DNA of 40,986 nt. It comes from Thelocarpon superellum. Taxonomy: Eukaryota. The position numbers and the translations under genes are program-made. Shown piece after piece: positions 9,664 through 22,092 of this stretch. Every line of letters begins with the position of its first letter. Position 1 is the first letter of the stretch. Location of the stretch: assembly GCA_026025795.1 (NCBI GenBank), contig JAPEUG010000010.1, positions 62,001 to 102,986 on the forward strand. The letters are read 5' to 3'. Below the pieces are notes generated by a model. That model was not told the DNA's origin. It ran no database searches and saw only the letters and a program-made list of their open reading frames with translations.

Positions 9664-12600
9664 ATGAAGGTCAATGCTGCCCGCTCAGCCCTGGTGCTGT
9701 CCCTGGCGGGCCTTGTCGCCGGCCAGGCTGCCGACTTTAGCATACCCTCCAAGTTCACCCGCTGGGATAATGAGAATTGGACCCTGTCCACCGACCAGCT
9801 CATCCAAGCGCAGTTTCAGTCCCGCTTGAACCTTGCCAATGGTTACCTTGGCTGCGCCTTCGCCGCCGCCGGCCCATTCTTCGAGGCTGACAAGAACCTG
9901 ACCGACGCGAAGGGCGACATCCCTACTAATGGCTGGCCGCTCGACAGTCCACGTCTCACCTTCTGCAGTCTCGTTGGCTTCTGGGACTCACAGCCAAATA
10001 CTTCGAGCACCAATTTCCCTTGGCTGCTCCAAGATGGGGGAGAGTCGGTCATCAGTGGCGTGCCACACTGGGGTGGTATCATATTCGAGGTGGGGGGATT
10101 GCAGCTCGACGCCACGGTCGACAATACCACCGTTTCCAACTTTCAATCCACCTTCTCGGCCAAGGATGGCCTTGCCACCTGGTCCTACACTTGGGCCCCC
10201 AGCACCACGAACGGGACCGAGTTCAACATTAGCTATAGCCTCTTCCTGAGTCGCGCCAGATCGCAGGTGGCTGCCGTTCGTGCTGACATCGTCGCCTCGT
10301 CGGATATCAATGCTACCGTGACTGATCTGCTCGATGGCCGGAGTGCCCCGCGCTCGACCGCGATGGGGAAGGGCATGGACCAGAACACCTCGTCCATCTA
10401 TGCTGCCGTTTCACCTAACGGCCTGTCCAACATCACCGCCTACATTGTGTCTTCGGCCGATTTTAGCGCAACTGCGGTCGATCCGGCGTCACGGATCCTG
10501 TCGAACCAGACCTGGCTCCCTTCAAACCAGTCGACCATCGGCCAGACCTTTGACCTGACCCTCGAGGCTGGCCAAACATCCACGCTATACAAGTTCATCG
10601 GCGGAGCCTCGTCGGACGCTTTTGGCGATCCACAGGCCGCGGCCCGCAACGCCTCCACTTCGGCCATGATGGTCTCTTGGGACGCATTGCTAGCCGAAAC
10701 CCAGACCGCGTGGGCCGAGATTCTCCCATCTTCGTCCATCGATGATTATGCCGACGCGAATGGAAGCCTTCCGAGTGATCCGAATGTGCAAGAATTGCAG
10801 GTTGCATCCGTCATGAGCCCGTATTACTTGCTGCAGAACACGCTTCGGTTGGACGCGGGGCCTGGCCTGGATAACAATAGCATCGTGGTGAGCGGAATCT
10901 CGTCCGAGTCATATGGGGGTCTGGTCTTTTGGGATGCCGATATCTTCATGTCACCCGGCTTGGTGCTCTCTCATCCTGAATACGCACGGACCATTGCCAA
11001 TTATCGCATCTCCCGCTCCGGTCAGGCCCGGATCAACGCCGCCTCTAATAATTTCTCCTGCGACGCGATCCTGTTTCCCTGGACCAGCAGCCGCTTTGGC
11101 AATTGCACCGCAACCGGTCCCTGTACGGATTACGAATACCACATCAACGGCGACATCGCGCAGATGCTTCTTCAACACCGGAATGTCACTGGGGATGAGC
11201 AGTGGTGGAGAGCTAAGGCGTGGCCCGTGTACGAGGGAATCGCACAAATGTTCTCGGAGCTACTCAAGTATAATCAGACGACGCAGAAGTACGACATCAA
11301 GAACATGACCGACCCAGACGAGTATGCGAATGCCGTCGACAACGGAGCGTACACGCTAGCCTCGGCCAGCAAAGTGCTCACCACGGCTAACAGCTTTCGC
11401 GCGCTATACGGCATGGGGGTTAATGATACCTGGACAACGATCGCCAACAACGTGGCGATCCCTTATGATGCCTCCGGTATCACGACCGAGTACGAGGGGA
11501 TGAACAACTCGGTCCCGATCAAGCAAGCCGACGTTGTCTTGAATACCTATCCCTTGGATTACATTCAGAACTATTCGGAGACTCAATCACTCAACGATCT
11601 GAATTATGTGCGCATTATTGTCCTCTGTACGCTCCTATGCTGACAACGGAGCAGTACGCGGGGAAGCAATCGCCCGACGGACCGGCAATGACCTATGCGA
11701 TCTTCTCGGCCATAGCCAACGCTATCTCCCCGTCCGGCTGCAGCTCTTTCACGTACGCCCTCGATGCCTTCCAGCCATACGTACGGGCGCCATGGTACCA
11801 GTTCTCGGAACAGAACGTGGATAACGCCACCGCCAATGGAGGCACGAACCCTGCCTTCCCCTTTCTCACCGGCCATGGCGGATTTAATCAAGTTGGGCCC
11901 TTTGGCTGGCTTGGGATCCGCACGGACCGGGAATATCTCGTCATTGACCCTGCCTTACCGCCTCAGATCCCCCAGGTCAAGATCCGCACCTTCTACTACG
12001 GCGGCGCGACCCTCAGCGCCACCATGAACTACACGCACACGACACTCTTCCGCTCGGCAACCAACAACAGCTTCGTCAACGACACCTACGGGGCCAATCC
12101 GATGCCGTTCAGCGTCGGCCTAATCAACCCGAGCATGCATAATATCTCCATCGGGCAGACGCTCACGCTAAACAACCGGCAACACTTCTCGACCCTCACC
12201 ACGCCCGACAACCTCGTGCAATGCCAGCCGGTGACCTCCGACCAGCCCTTCCAACAAGGCCAATACCCACTGGCAGCCATCGACGGCGCCGCCTCGACAC
12301 AATGGCAGCCCCTGACGCCCCATCAGGCCAGCATGGCCATCGACATGAGCGACGTTGCCATCCAGCCCATCATCGGCGTCTCCATCACGTGGGGTACCAG
12401 TCCGCCCATCCACGCCACCGTGTACCTATCCAACTCGTCCTCCTTCAATGGCAACGTGACCGTCATCCCCGTGGGTAACATTACCATCTCGCAGGCCTTC
12501 AACGCCAATGACGTCGTCGTGAAACCCTATGTCGGCAACTCCACCAACGTCTCCATTGCGAACGCAGGCGGGGTATACAGCGGCCGCCATGCCATGTTGC

Positions 12601-12728
12601 AGATCGAAGGCACGCAGGGCTCGCCAAACACGACGGGTGCCACGGTCGCAGAGTTTGCGCTCATTGGAACGGGCGGCGCGCAAATGGTCAAACGATGGGA
12701 TTCTGCGCGGTCATACAGGAAAAGATAG
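9664..12728 (+). CDS. ATH1: secreted acid trehalase, glycoside hydrolase family 65 (~1005 aa, 2 exons)
   Basis: Signal peptide MKVNAARSALVLSLAGLVAG. GH65 motifs NLANGYLG, YGGLVFWDAD, YEYHINGDIA, MTDPDEY, KQADV, DGPAMT and FPFLTGHGG. Many N-x-S/T sites. Intron 11608-11654 (GTGCGC...GCTGAC...GCAG) joins the two ORFs in frame. Equivalent to Aspergillus treA. Confidence 0.93.
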
Positions 12729-12877
12729 GAGTGTGATGATGACGATGCATTCAGACTCCGATCCAACTCCGACTCAAAATGTACATATCTATTCGTAATG
12801 GACGTCAGGGATGCATATCACCTCGATTCCGCTAAAACGAAAAACATGGTGCCTTACGTACTCTACGCCGGGTCACA

Positions 12878-13778
12878 TCATTCGCCGAGGAAGCCCACCA
12901 GCCCGACCAGCCGCGCCATCGGGTCTCCCCCGCCAGGGCCCGCGGTATCACCGCGCGGCTTTTCCAGCGCGGCGACGGGCGTGGGAAGGAGGAGACCATT
13001 GGGGGCGTGCCACTTCCAGCCGCGAGTCGTCAGTTGCTCTAACTGGGTCGAGGGGGCCTCGTCGACGGCGTTGGCGTCGATCTCGAGCCCAATGTACTTT
13101 GCCGCTAGTGTGGGCGGGATGGACCTGTACGCCCGGCTGAGTAACTGGAAGTGTGATTTGCGGAAATGGACTGTGGAGTCTCATCAGTGGATGGTTGGGA
13201 GCTTGAGAGCTCGGTAGCTTTGAAACTCGGCTGGGAGGGGAGGGAAATGGGTGGTCGTACCCAGATAGCGCTCGATGAGCGTCCGTTGTATGTCGAGCCA
13301 CTTCGCATGCTGGAGGACGTGATAGACCAGTGGATAGTCTCGTGACCAGACGGCACGGAGAAGGTCCTTCACGGCGGAGAGGAGGTGCTTCGTCTCGGAG
13401 AGCCGGTAGTCTTTGTTGGTAAGAACGTGGCTTTTGTCGGTGAGTGAGGGTGGGAAGCGATAGCAGGCGAGGTATCGTGCTTCAGGACTGTGAAGGCACC
13501 TGAATTAATTTCTTGGGAGAAAGGAGCAGATGGAATATATTGAGTAGGACGTACAGCTCATCATTGAGCAGTAGAGCAACGGCATAGCTTGAGTAGTAAG
13601 CTAGGAGGAGCTCCTCGTCGCCCTTGATAATCTTATCGGTGAAGAAGAGGCATGCTTGGGCTTCGTAGTCGGCGAGAGTGTCCACCAGTTCAGATGACGG
13701 GTATGCCGCAGAATCAGAGAGCACCTGGGTCAGTTGGGCAATGGAGAGAGGTGCTGAATTTGGCGTTGTCGATGACAT
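12878..13778 (-). CDS. CSN8: COP9 signalosome subunit 8-like PCI protein (~247 aa, 3 exons)
   Basis: Exons 13778-13555, 13487-13261 and 13170-12878; introns 13554-13488 and 13260-13171. The spliced protein has YYSSYAVALLLNDELPEARYL, LLRAVWSRDY, FQLLSRAYRSI..LAAKYIGL, RGWKW and C-terminal MARLVGLVGFLGE, typical of CSN8/PSMD8/eIF3K-family proteins. Confidence 0.8.
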
Positions 13779-14117
13779 TGTGAGACCATTCCACTTGGGC
13801 GTTGCAGCCGGGGTTGTTCAAGCCAGCAGGTGAGTTTCTTCAGCCCCTCTATCGTCGCCGTGATGGCTATGCTTGGTCAGTGCACCAGCCGGGGTCACGG
13901 AACTTGCCATGAGGTGCTTTGTACTCGTGGGGTGATCGGCGGCGGATGCGAGACAAAGGCGACGCGGCAGTTGGGCGACAGGCGAGAGAACCGAGAGAAC
14001 ACCTAGACGTTGTACTCGCCGACCAAATATGTCAAGCTCCACCACGCACGCTTGCTGAGCGGACCACGCAAGCCCTTTACCCATCTCCGCCGTCCACTCC
14101 TTTCCCATCTCGCCATC

Positions 14118-16708
14118 ATGGCAGTCACCACCACATTGGATCCCTTTCTCCGGGGGAGCACCGGTCACAATACCCGAACGCTGCTCCGAATTGTCATCCT
14201 TTTCACCATTGCTGCGGCCGCCGTTGCCAGTCGCTTGTTCTCTGTCATTCGTATGTCTCTCAGCACCACCCTGCCCAACGAGATGCTAACAATCTTCCTT
14301 CAGGGTTTGAGAGTATCATTCATGAGTGTTAGTCCGGCAAATCTTCACTCTATGAACTCAAAGCTAACCTCCTCAGTCGACCCGTGGTTCAACTTCCGAG
14401 CAACGAAATACTTGGTCGAACACGGCTTCTATCCATTCTGGGATTGGTTCGATGACCGTGAGTGTTCCTGCGCTTCACTTATGCCGTCAGTCAATCGAGC
14501 ACCGCAGCTAATCTGCATGGTATCCATAGGGACATGGTACCCTCTCGGTCGGGTCACCGGAGGAACCCTTTACCCTGGCCTGATGGTGACCAGCGGTATC
14601 ATCTACCACATCCTTCGATTGCTGGCCATGCCCGTTGATATCCGGAATATCTGCGTGCTCTTGGCGCCCGCCTGCTCCGGACTCACTGCCTACGCCACTT
14701 ATCTCCTTACCAATGAGATGTCGGATTCACCTTCGGCCGGGCTCCTGGCGGCTGCCTTCATGGGCATCGCCCCCGGCTATATCTCACGATCCGTGGCCGG
14801 GAGCTACGACAACGAGGCCATCGCCATCTTTCTCCTCGTCTTCACCTTCTATCTGTGGATCAAGGCGCTGAAAAATGGATCGGCCATGTGGGGAGCCTTG
14901 ACCGCCCTCTTCTACTTCTACATGGTCTCAGCTTGGGGAGGCTATGTCTTCATCACCAACTTGATCCCGCTTCACGCCTTTGTGCTCCTCGCCATGGGCC
15001 GCTTCAGCCCCCGGTTGTACGTCAGCTACACGACATGGTATGCGCTCGGGACATTGGCGAGCATGCAGATTCCCTTTGTGGGCTTCTTGCCCATCCGGAG
15101 TAGCGAGCATATGTCCGCGCTGGGTGAGTTGCCCTGATTCTACCGCGATTTACTCGCGCTGATTGGTTCCCTAGGCGTCTTTGGACTATTGCAGATCGTC
15201 GCCTTTGTCGAGTTCGTCCGCCAACAGGTTCCCAATCAGCAGTTCCAGACGCTCCTGCGCAGCCTAATCTTGCTCATCTTTGCCGCCTCGGTCGGTGTGC
15301 TTGTGCTCCTGTCCGTGTCCGGCACCATCGCTCCATGGACTGGTCGTTTCTACTCGCTCTGGGACACGGGCTACGCGAAGATTCACATTCCCATCATCGC
15401 GTCCGTGTCAGAGCACCAGCCGACGGCCTGGCCCGCCTTCTTCTTTGATCTCAACATGCTGATCTGGCTGTTCCCGGCCGGCGTGTACATGTGTTTCAGC
15501 CAGCTCAAGGATGAGCAGGTCTTCATCGTCATCTATGCCGTCTTGGCGAGTTACTTCGCCGGCGTGATGGTCCGGTTGATGTTGACCCTGACCCCTGTCG
15601 TCGTCGTCTCGGCGGCCTTGGCCGTCTCCAGCATCCTCGACACCTACCTCGTGGCCGACTCCCCAAATCCAGAAGCGCCGTCCAATGGACATGCCGCAGC
15701 GGGCAGTAGCGGTGGAAGTGACTCGGTCAAGGCGGCCATCGCCATGATCCCTGACTCCCTGCGTTCCACCCGTCAACCCTTGATCGGCATCTACTCGTAC
15801 GTGTCTAAGATGACGGTGGTCGGTGCGGTGACGACGTATCTGATGCTGTTCGTGCTCCACTGCACCTGGGTGACGTCTAATGCCTACTCGTCCCCGTCCG
15901 TCGTCCTCGCCAGCCGAACGCCCGACGGCGGACAGCACATCATCGACGATTACCGCGAGGCCTATTACTGGTTGCGCCAAAACACCCCTGACGACGCCAA
16001 GGTCATGTCATGGTGGGATTACGGATACCAGATTGGTGGCATGGCCGACCGCGCCACGCTGGTCGACAACAACACCTGGAACAACACGCACATCGCGACG
16101 GTGGGCAAGGCGATGAGTTCACGCGAGGAAGTCAGCTATCCCATCCTCCGACAGCATGATGTTGACTACGTGCTGGTCGTCTTTGGTGGACTCTTGGGAT
16201 ACTCGGGCGACGACATCAACAAGTTCCTCTGGATGGTCCGCATCGCCGAGGGCATCTGGCCCGACGAGGTCAAGGAGCGTGACTTCTTCACCGCCCGCGG
16301 AGAATATCGCATTGACGAAGAAGCAACGCCGACGATGAAGAACAGTCTGATGTAAGAGCGACCATCCTCTCCCTTGACATAGATGCTGATACGCCGCCGC
16401 GCTCCAGGTACAAGATGTCTTACTACAACTTCCACGCGCTCTTCCCCGCTGGACAGGCGCAAGACCGGGTCCGTGGGTCCCGACTCCCCGCCGAAGGGCC
16501 CCAGCTCAACACGCTCGAGGAGGCCTTCACGAGCGAGAATTGGATCATTCGTATCTACAAGGTCAAGGACCTGGACAACGTGGGCCGCGACCATGCCAGC
16601 GCCATGGCCTTTGAGCGCGGGCACAAGAAAAAGCGATCCGCCGCTGCGCCGTCATCCTCGGGGGCGGCGTCGAAGAAGAAAGGAGGTCGGGTATTGCGAG
16701 TGGAGTGA
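14118..16708 (+). CDS. STT3: oligosaccharyltransferase catalytic subunit STT3 (~769 aa, 6 exons)
   Basis: Exons 14118-14250, 14304-14327, 14377-14457, 14530-15123, 15175-16351 and 16408-16708. Motifs [45 protein letters not shown] and DDINKFLWM. Confidence 0.97.
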
Positions 16709-17557
16709 ACCGGACCCAAAATGGGAGGTCTGACATTGGGAAGCCTGAGTTGTCTGCAAATCAACCCGTCACGAGAGTTTCGGTCTTTGTATCTCTATCT
16801 CTGTTTGTCAAAGTCTCTGCAGCGATCTTCAATGCTATGATAATCACCAGAAGCCAAAGCGCGTCAATGGCAGTTGGTCTCCCGACCGCGGTGCCGATGC
16901 AGGCTGCGCGGATGAAGTCTGGACGTTACCCAAGCGACGCTTGACCCCGGACTCCGACCCATGGGGCCTCACCCCTGCTCCTCGACGTACTTGGGGACCA
17001 ATGTCTCTTACAAAGGAATACAGGTCTATCATTCGACGATACAATGGAGTGGAGAATCCGACAATGACGGGTCGAGGGCCAACTACCACGAAAAGCAGTT
17101 CAATGAATCGTAGAGAAGCGAGCGCCAAGATAGGCCATTTTCAATGACCTGTTCCGCGTATGAATCGGCACGTAGTCTACGCGCTCCAAGAAATCTCGCC
17201 GTATCCAAATGGTCCAATAGGTCTTCTTTATAGTTAGTGATCTTTATGTTCGTACGCTGGGCCACCGACGCGCATCACGCCTAATGCGCGAGTACGAATA
17301 CTCGTTTTCGTCTCGCTCGCCAACTGTCACGTGTACTGGTCAGGCGCCCCGCTCGGATCCACTCCCATCAGCCAGTAGACGAGGCGCTTCTACGATGAAT
17401 CATACCGACCGACCGACCGAGAGCCATGCAGCGACGAGGATCCTCTCGATAGGGTTATCTACTTTCATCCCCCGACCCATCGAGAGGTTCTCATATTCAT
17501 ATCCTCATCTTCGTCTTCATCTTCGTCATCGCTATCGCAGACCGTCGGCTTGTCACG

Positions 17558-18819
17558 ATGTCGAAGACGTTCGTGCGTTCGTCGGGTATCCTCCGTCAAT
17601 TTCCCTCTGTTCAGCCTCCTCTTTCGACCAACGCGTCGCCACTCGAGTACATCGATCGGTCTTTGGCCGTTATCGGCGAGAATATGGTTACGAAGGATCA
17701 TCTGGAGAAGACTATCGCTGGGGTGACCAGTACAATGGATCGCCGGTTTGGAGAAGTCGACCGGCGGTTCGATGAAGCCGACCGACGGTTCGATACGCTT
17801 GTCCGACGACTTGAAGAGGATCGTCGACGGTCCTTCAACATGCTTTCCATTCGAGGATGGGATAGGATCCACGCGATAGGCGTGTTCAATGAGGACGGAG
17901 AATACCAACTACCGAAATACTTTCCGGACACGGTCCTACGATTTTGGAAACTCAAGATGCCGAAGCGCAGTAAGTCGAACGACACTGATCAACCCCATCC
18001 ATCACTAACATCAGGACAGTCCACAAGCTCGTCGACCTCATCAAATTCTACGGCATTGAGGGCCACGAGCAATGGGGGGCGGTCAGCGACGATGGGAACA
18101 ACGACTCTGATGACTCGGACGGGCTCACGACCCCCAACATCTCCGTTGAGACCGCGGTGCGGAAGCACCCCGAACATAGCCTCCGGGCTCTAGCCGCGCG
18201 CCTGGGTCTCGTATACGAGAAGGTCTCCCGCTTCATGGCAAAAGTCGACGAGTACTACCGCGAGCACGACGGACCCCCGGTAGCCACCAAGCGGGCGCCT
18301 AGCGAACGGGGAGCGGAGTACGGGCGCGCCTCAAAGATCATGCGGTACGGAGGCGCAGCAGAGCAAGAGCAGAGACAAAAGGGGTCAGAATCCTCATCCT
18401 CAGCAGGCCCCAAACAACGACCAGTTCCGAGTAGTCCATCAGGCGACATGCCGAAGCGCCCCGGCAATGCCCGGCTACCACTCGAAGTCTTGCTTCGCGG
18501 GGGCAAGTCTACGCCGTCCTCGGAGCACTCTGTCGTCGTGTCCGAGCGGATTCTGTGGGATCATACGCTCCCCGTACGCTACGTGCCTCCACCTAGCGAC
18601 ATGGGGGAAAGTCAAGGAAGCCAGGGCAAGTCAGCGAAGAGCTCAATGAAGAGCCCGGGGCCTCCTCAGTCATCAGGGAAGGGCTCGGAAAAGAGTCAAG
18701 GAGACGCCCGGTCATCTCAGGGGATCAAGTCCGACGAACCCGAGGAGGAGGAGGAGGAGGAAGATGAAGAAGAGGATGAGGAGGGGAGGTTCAAGACACA
18801 GATCCTCTCGCGCCATTGA
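17558..18819 (+). CDS. fungal hypothetical protein with a short DRRF heptad coiled coil and acidic tail (~403 aa, 2 exons)
   Basis: Intron 17970-18019 (GTAAGT...ACTAAC...CAG) joins the 211-aa and 220-aa ORFs, giving FWKLKMPKRIHKLVDLIKFYGIEGHEQWG...AVRKHPEHSLRALAARLGLVY. Heptads MDRRFGEVDRRFDEADRRFD; poly-Glu near the C-terminus. Confidence 0.75.
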
Positions 18820-18878
18820 TTGACGGGTTGACACAGTTGCCTAAATCTGTCTCACGGCATGGAGATGGCGATGGACAG

Positions 18879-18903
18879 GGCATGGCATGGCATGGCATGG
18901 CAT
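18879..18903. repeat. (GCATG)n pentamer microsatellite
   Basis: About five GCATG units just downstream of the stop at 18819. Confidence 0.8.
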
Positions 18904-19134
18904 ACCGGCGAGGAGTTTTGGCGTTCACTGTACTTTACCTCACTTTACTTTTCCTTCAATTGTATCATCATGATGAATACAGTGAGCGTTTGACAGTAGG
19001 ATCTAAATGTGCTCTTTACTCTCTTGGCCGATTACAACAACATCACCATCGCCAATCACCATCGCCAGTACTCGACGGATGCCAAGCCAAATCAAACCAA
19101 ATCAAATCACGAAACACATGGTCCTCCACATCGC

Positions 19135-21509
19135 TCAAATACCGTTCATCCCGCTCGAGAGCCCTCCCCCTGCTGCTGCTGTCGCGGCCGCGAACGCAGC
19201 TCCTCCTCCGCCGATACTACTGCTACTACCACCACCGCCGCCAAAGACATCCCTCATCCCTGTTCCACTTCCATACCCGGCCAACCCGGTCCCTAACCCA
19301 TTCGTATCCAAGCGATGCACCAGTTTCTTCACGGCGGACCATTCCTCGGCGCGTGCGCTCTCGAGTCCGCCTAGTTCGCTACTGACATCGAAAACGGTCA
19401 CGACGCCATCGAGACCCCCGACTGCCAGGCGCTTGCCTTCGTGCTCTTCCCACTTGACGCGGTTTAGGCTGCTGCTCTTGTTGTGTGGGTCGGAGCCGCC
19501 TAGCAGGGTCGCACTGGACGCATTGAGCCGCGTCCGGCTCGGCTGGATTCGTGCCATCGGTATCTCTGTGTCGCGCGTAATATCCCAGATTTCGAGGTTG
19601 CCGCCGCCGTCGACCAGGCTGAACACGCCGGGTTTGATGGGGGACCAGGCCGCGTCGTAGACCAGATCTTCTCGCGTGATGTCAAGTAAGGGCGCGGTCG
19701 TCTGGGTGGTGCTGCCCGCCGCCGTGCTGGTCGATGAAGCACCGGTTGGGGCGCGCACTTTCCAGATCTTGACGCTCCAGTCAAGCGAGGAAGAAAGGAC
19801 CAGGTCACCGAGATCCACGGGTCCTCGCGCCGGGTGAAAGTCCATTGACATGACTGGCGCGGCGTGCCCGCGGTAATTGATCCGTTGGTCCACACCCGCT
19901 TTGGCTCCGGCTCGGTCGTACCGGTGGCACGGGTAGATGCTCCCTTCTTCCGTGCCAACCAAAAAGTAAGTCGGGTCGGTCCGGGGGAAAGCCATGCAGG
20001 TTGGCGAGAGATCCTCGGTCTTGGAGGGCGGAGGTGTCATGAGGCTGATGTATTCTTGTGGCTGCGCTAGCATGTCCACCGTCCATCCGCAGACCACGCC
20101 ATCTGTCGAGCAGCTGATGATGTTGTTGGCATTCTGGGTACCGATCATATCAACGGCATACACCGGGTGAGTGTGACCAGATCCGGTCAATGGGGTCTTT
20201 TGCACCGGGGCCGACTTCGCTCGAGTGTCCCAGAGAAGGACCTGTCCGCTGTATGCGCCCCCGATGATGAGATTGGGATGGAAGGGAGAGAATTTGGCCA
20301 CGAGGATGTCGGATTGGGCATGAAAGACGAATTCCGGTCGGTCGTGCAGGTGCATATTCCACACTTGTACTAGACCATCAGGGTCGTTGGGGGCGGATGG
20401 GTTCTTGGTGTACGAGGCCAAAACCAGTTCAGGAAACTGTTTCTCGTCAGTGATGCGTCTCAGTAGTGTCACAGGCGCCTCCCTACCTTGGGTGAGAATC
20501 CCAATCCACTGATCATCCGTTTCCGGCTCCATCGCTCATCCCAGAACTGTGCTACCTCTTTGACCTTCCGCTTCCCCTTCCCCTGGCCGCCTCCGAGATC
20601 CTCATCGTCGTCATCTAGCTCGTTGCTCCCGGCCAGGGCGTAGTCAGCCAAGACGTCGTACTCCTGGTCCAAGGCCCGCTCGACGACCTTGCTAGACTTT
20701 TCTAAAAAGTCCAAAAAGTCGTGTGACGACGTCACGGCATTGACTTCAGCTTCACTCAGCGGTCGGATCGGGAGCCGCGACTGTGCCACGGGCTGCGATG
20801 ACCCGTCCACCAACCCATCCGAGGCACCCCCGTTCCGCTTGGTCTCCTCTTCAATCTCACGTCGGACGGTCTCCCGGAGCTCCTCATCCTGCTCTCGTCC
20901 TCTCCGGCTCAGGCGTTTGCTATGTCGTGAGCTCTTCGATGCCAACGGCGATCCGTCCACGTCAGAGTGGAAGAAGTCGTCGGGCGAGCGAGGTGGAGGA
21001 GGTGACCAGGGTTCGGTCGTCTGGACGCCTTTGCTGTAGGTGAAGACCTCTTTGACTGGGGCCGGGGCGAACTCGTACAAGGTAAAGAGAGGTGCGGTCG
21101 ACAGGGGCTGAGGGCTGAGGATGGTTTGGGGTTGGAAGGTTGGGGCCGAGGTGGCGGACGGGCTCGCGCTGCCGGAGTTGGCCAGACTCAGCTCGCCGGC
21201 GCTGAGGACGGAATTGGGTCGGCTGCCCTTGACGGGCTCTCGTGCACCGGCAGAGGCTGGTCTGCTGTCGCCCACCAGAGTCGAGATCAAGCTATCCAGC
21301 TCCTCTCGGTTGCTGCTGACCCGATTTGGGGCGGGAGAATGATACTGGAGAAGGTCAGGAGGGGCCAAAAGGCAAGAGGGAACACTTACCGTCGATCCAT
21401 CCTCGCTGGGTTTACTCTGGGCAAATTGATCTTGTCGGAGCTTGCGTTGTCGCTTGAGCTCCTCCAAGCGGGCCTTTTTGGCCTGGATTTCCTCTCGTCG
21501 TTGCTGCAT
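19135..21509 (-). CDS. nudI: cytoplasmic dynein intermediate chain, WD40 (~759 aa, 3 exons)
   Basis: Exons 21509-21390, 21344-20487 and 20436-19135. N-terminal coiled coil MQQRREEIQAKKARLEELKRQR, light-chain-binding motif TYSKGVQT, FLEKSSKVVERAL, FSPKFPELVLASY and WD repeats (GQVLLWD, SSSLDWSVKIWK). Yeast counterpart is PAC11. Confidence 0.93.
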
Positions 21510-22092
21510 GGTGCCGAGGCAGGAAAAGGGAGGCTTCTGGGTTGGCCCACCCTTCGCACCCACCGTCGCTGGATGTCAACTCTAGTTGCCGCGAGACGTA
21601 TTCTCAACAGCGTCGCAGAGCCCCGGCTTGACCAAGTGCGACCGGCGGAGAGATCGGCGTATGCTGTACTCCCGTATGTCGCAGCACCGACCCATATCCC
21701 GGTCTGCTTTCTGCTCCTTGTACTCGTTCTGGCAGGGAAAGGAAGCGCGTCGCTACACGTTCAGACTCACGTGCGTTTGTCAAACGAGCAAACGCCGGAG
21801 GTCGCCGGAGGTCGCCGTCGGCCTAACAGTCCGAAATTTGTATCGACGGAGTAAGTCATGGTAGTGCAGCGTCGGAAGTTCGGTTGAGCCAAACAGCTTG
21901 AAGGATTGTCGCGCGGACCACGTCTTTGTCCCTCCCACCACAACACGCCGCGTCCCATCCATCTCATCCGACGGAGGACGTGCAAGCCCTCGGTGGAGTC
22001 TTCGTGGAGCGGTCTTTGGCGCCACTCGTCTCGTGGATCTGCTTGGACTGTGGGCCTGTCCCAGTTGGGGACGTGATATCGCAGCCTTCGCC

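Noticed and set aside
16844..17265. Minus-strand short ORFs between STT3 and the heptad gene, a possible gene remnant
   Set aside because: No recognisable family or consistent splice model; it cannot be supported without a search.
17465..17908. 147-aa minus-strand ORF with a DEDEDED tract
   Set aside because: Antisense to the better-supported plus-strand gene. The acidic tract is a TCATCT/TCGTCT repeat in its 5' region.
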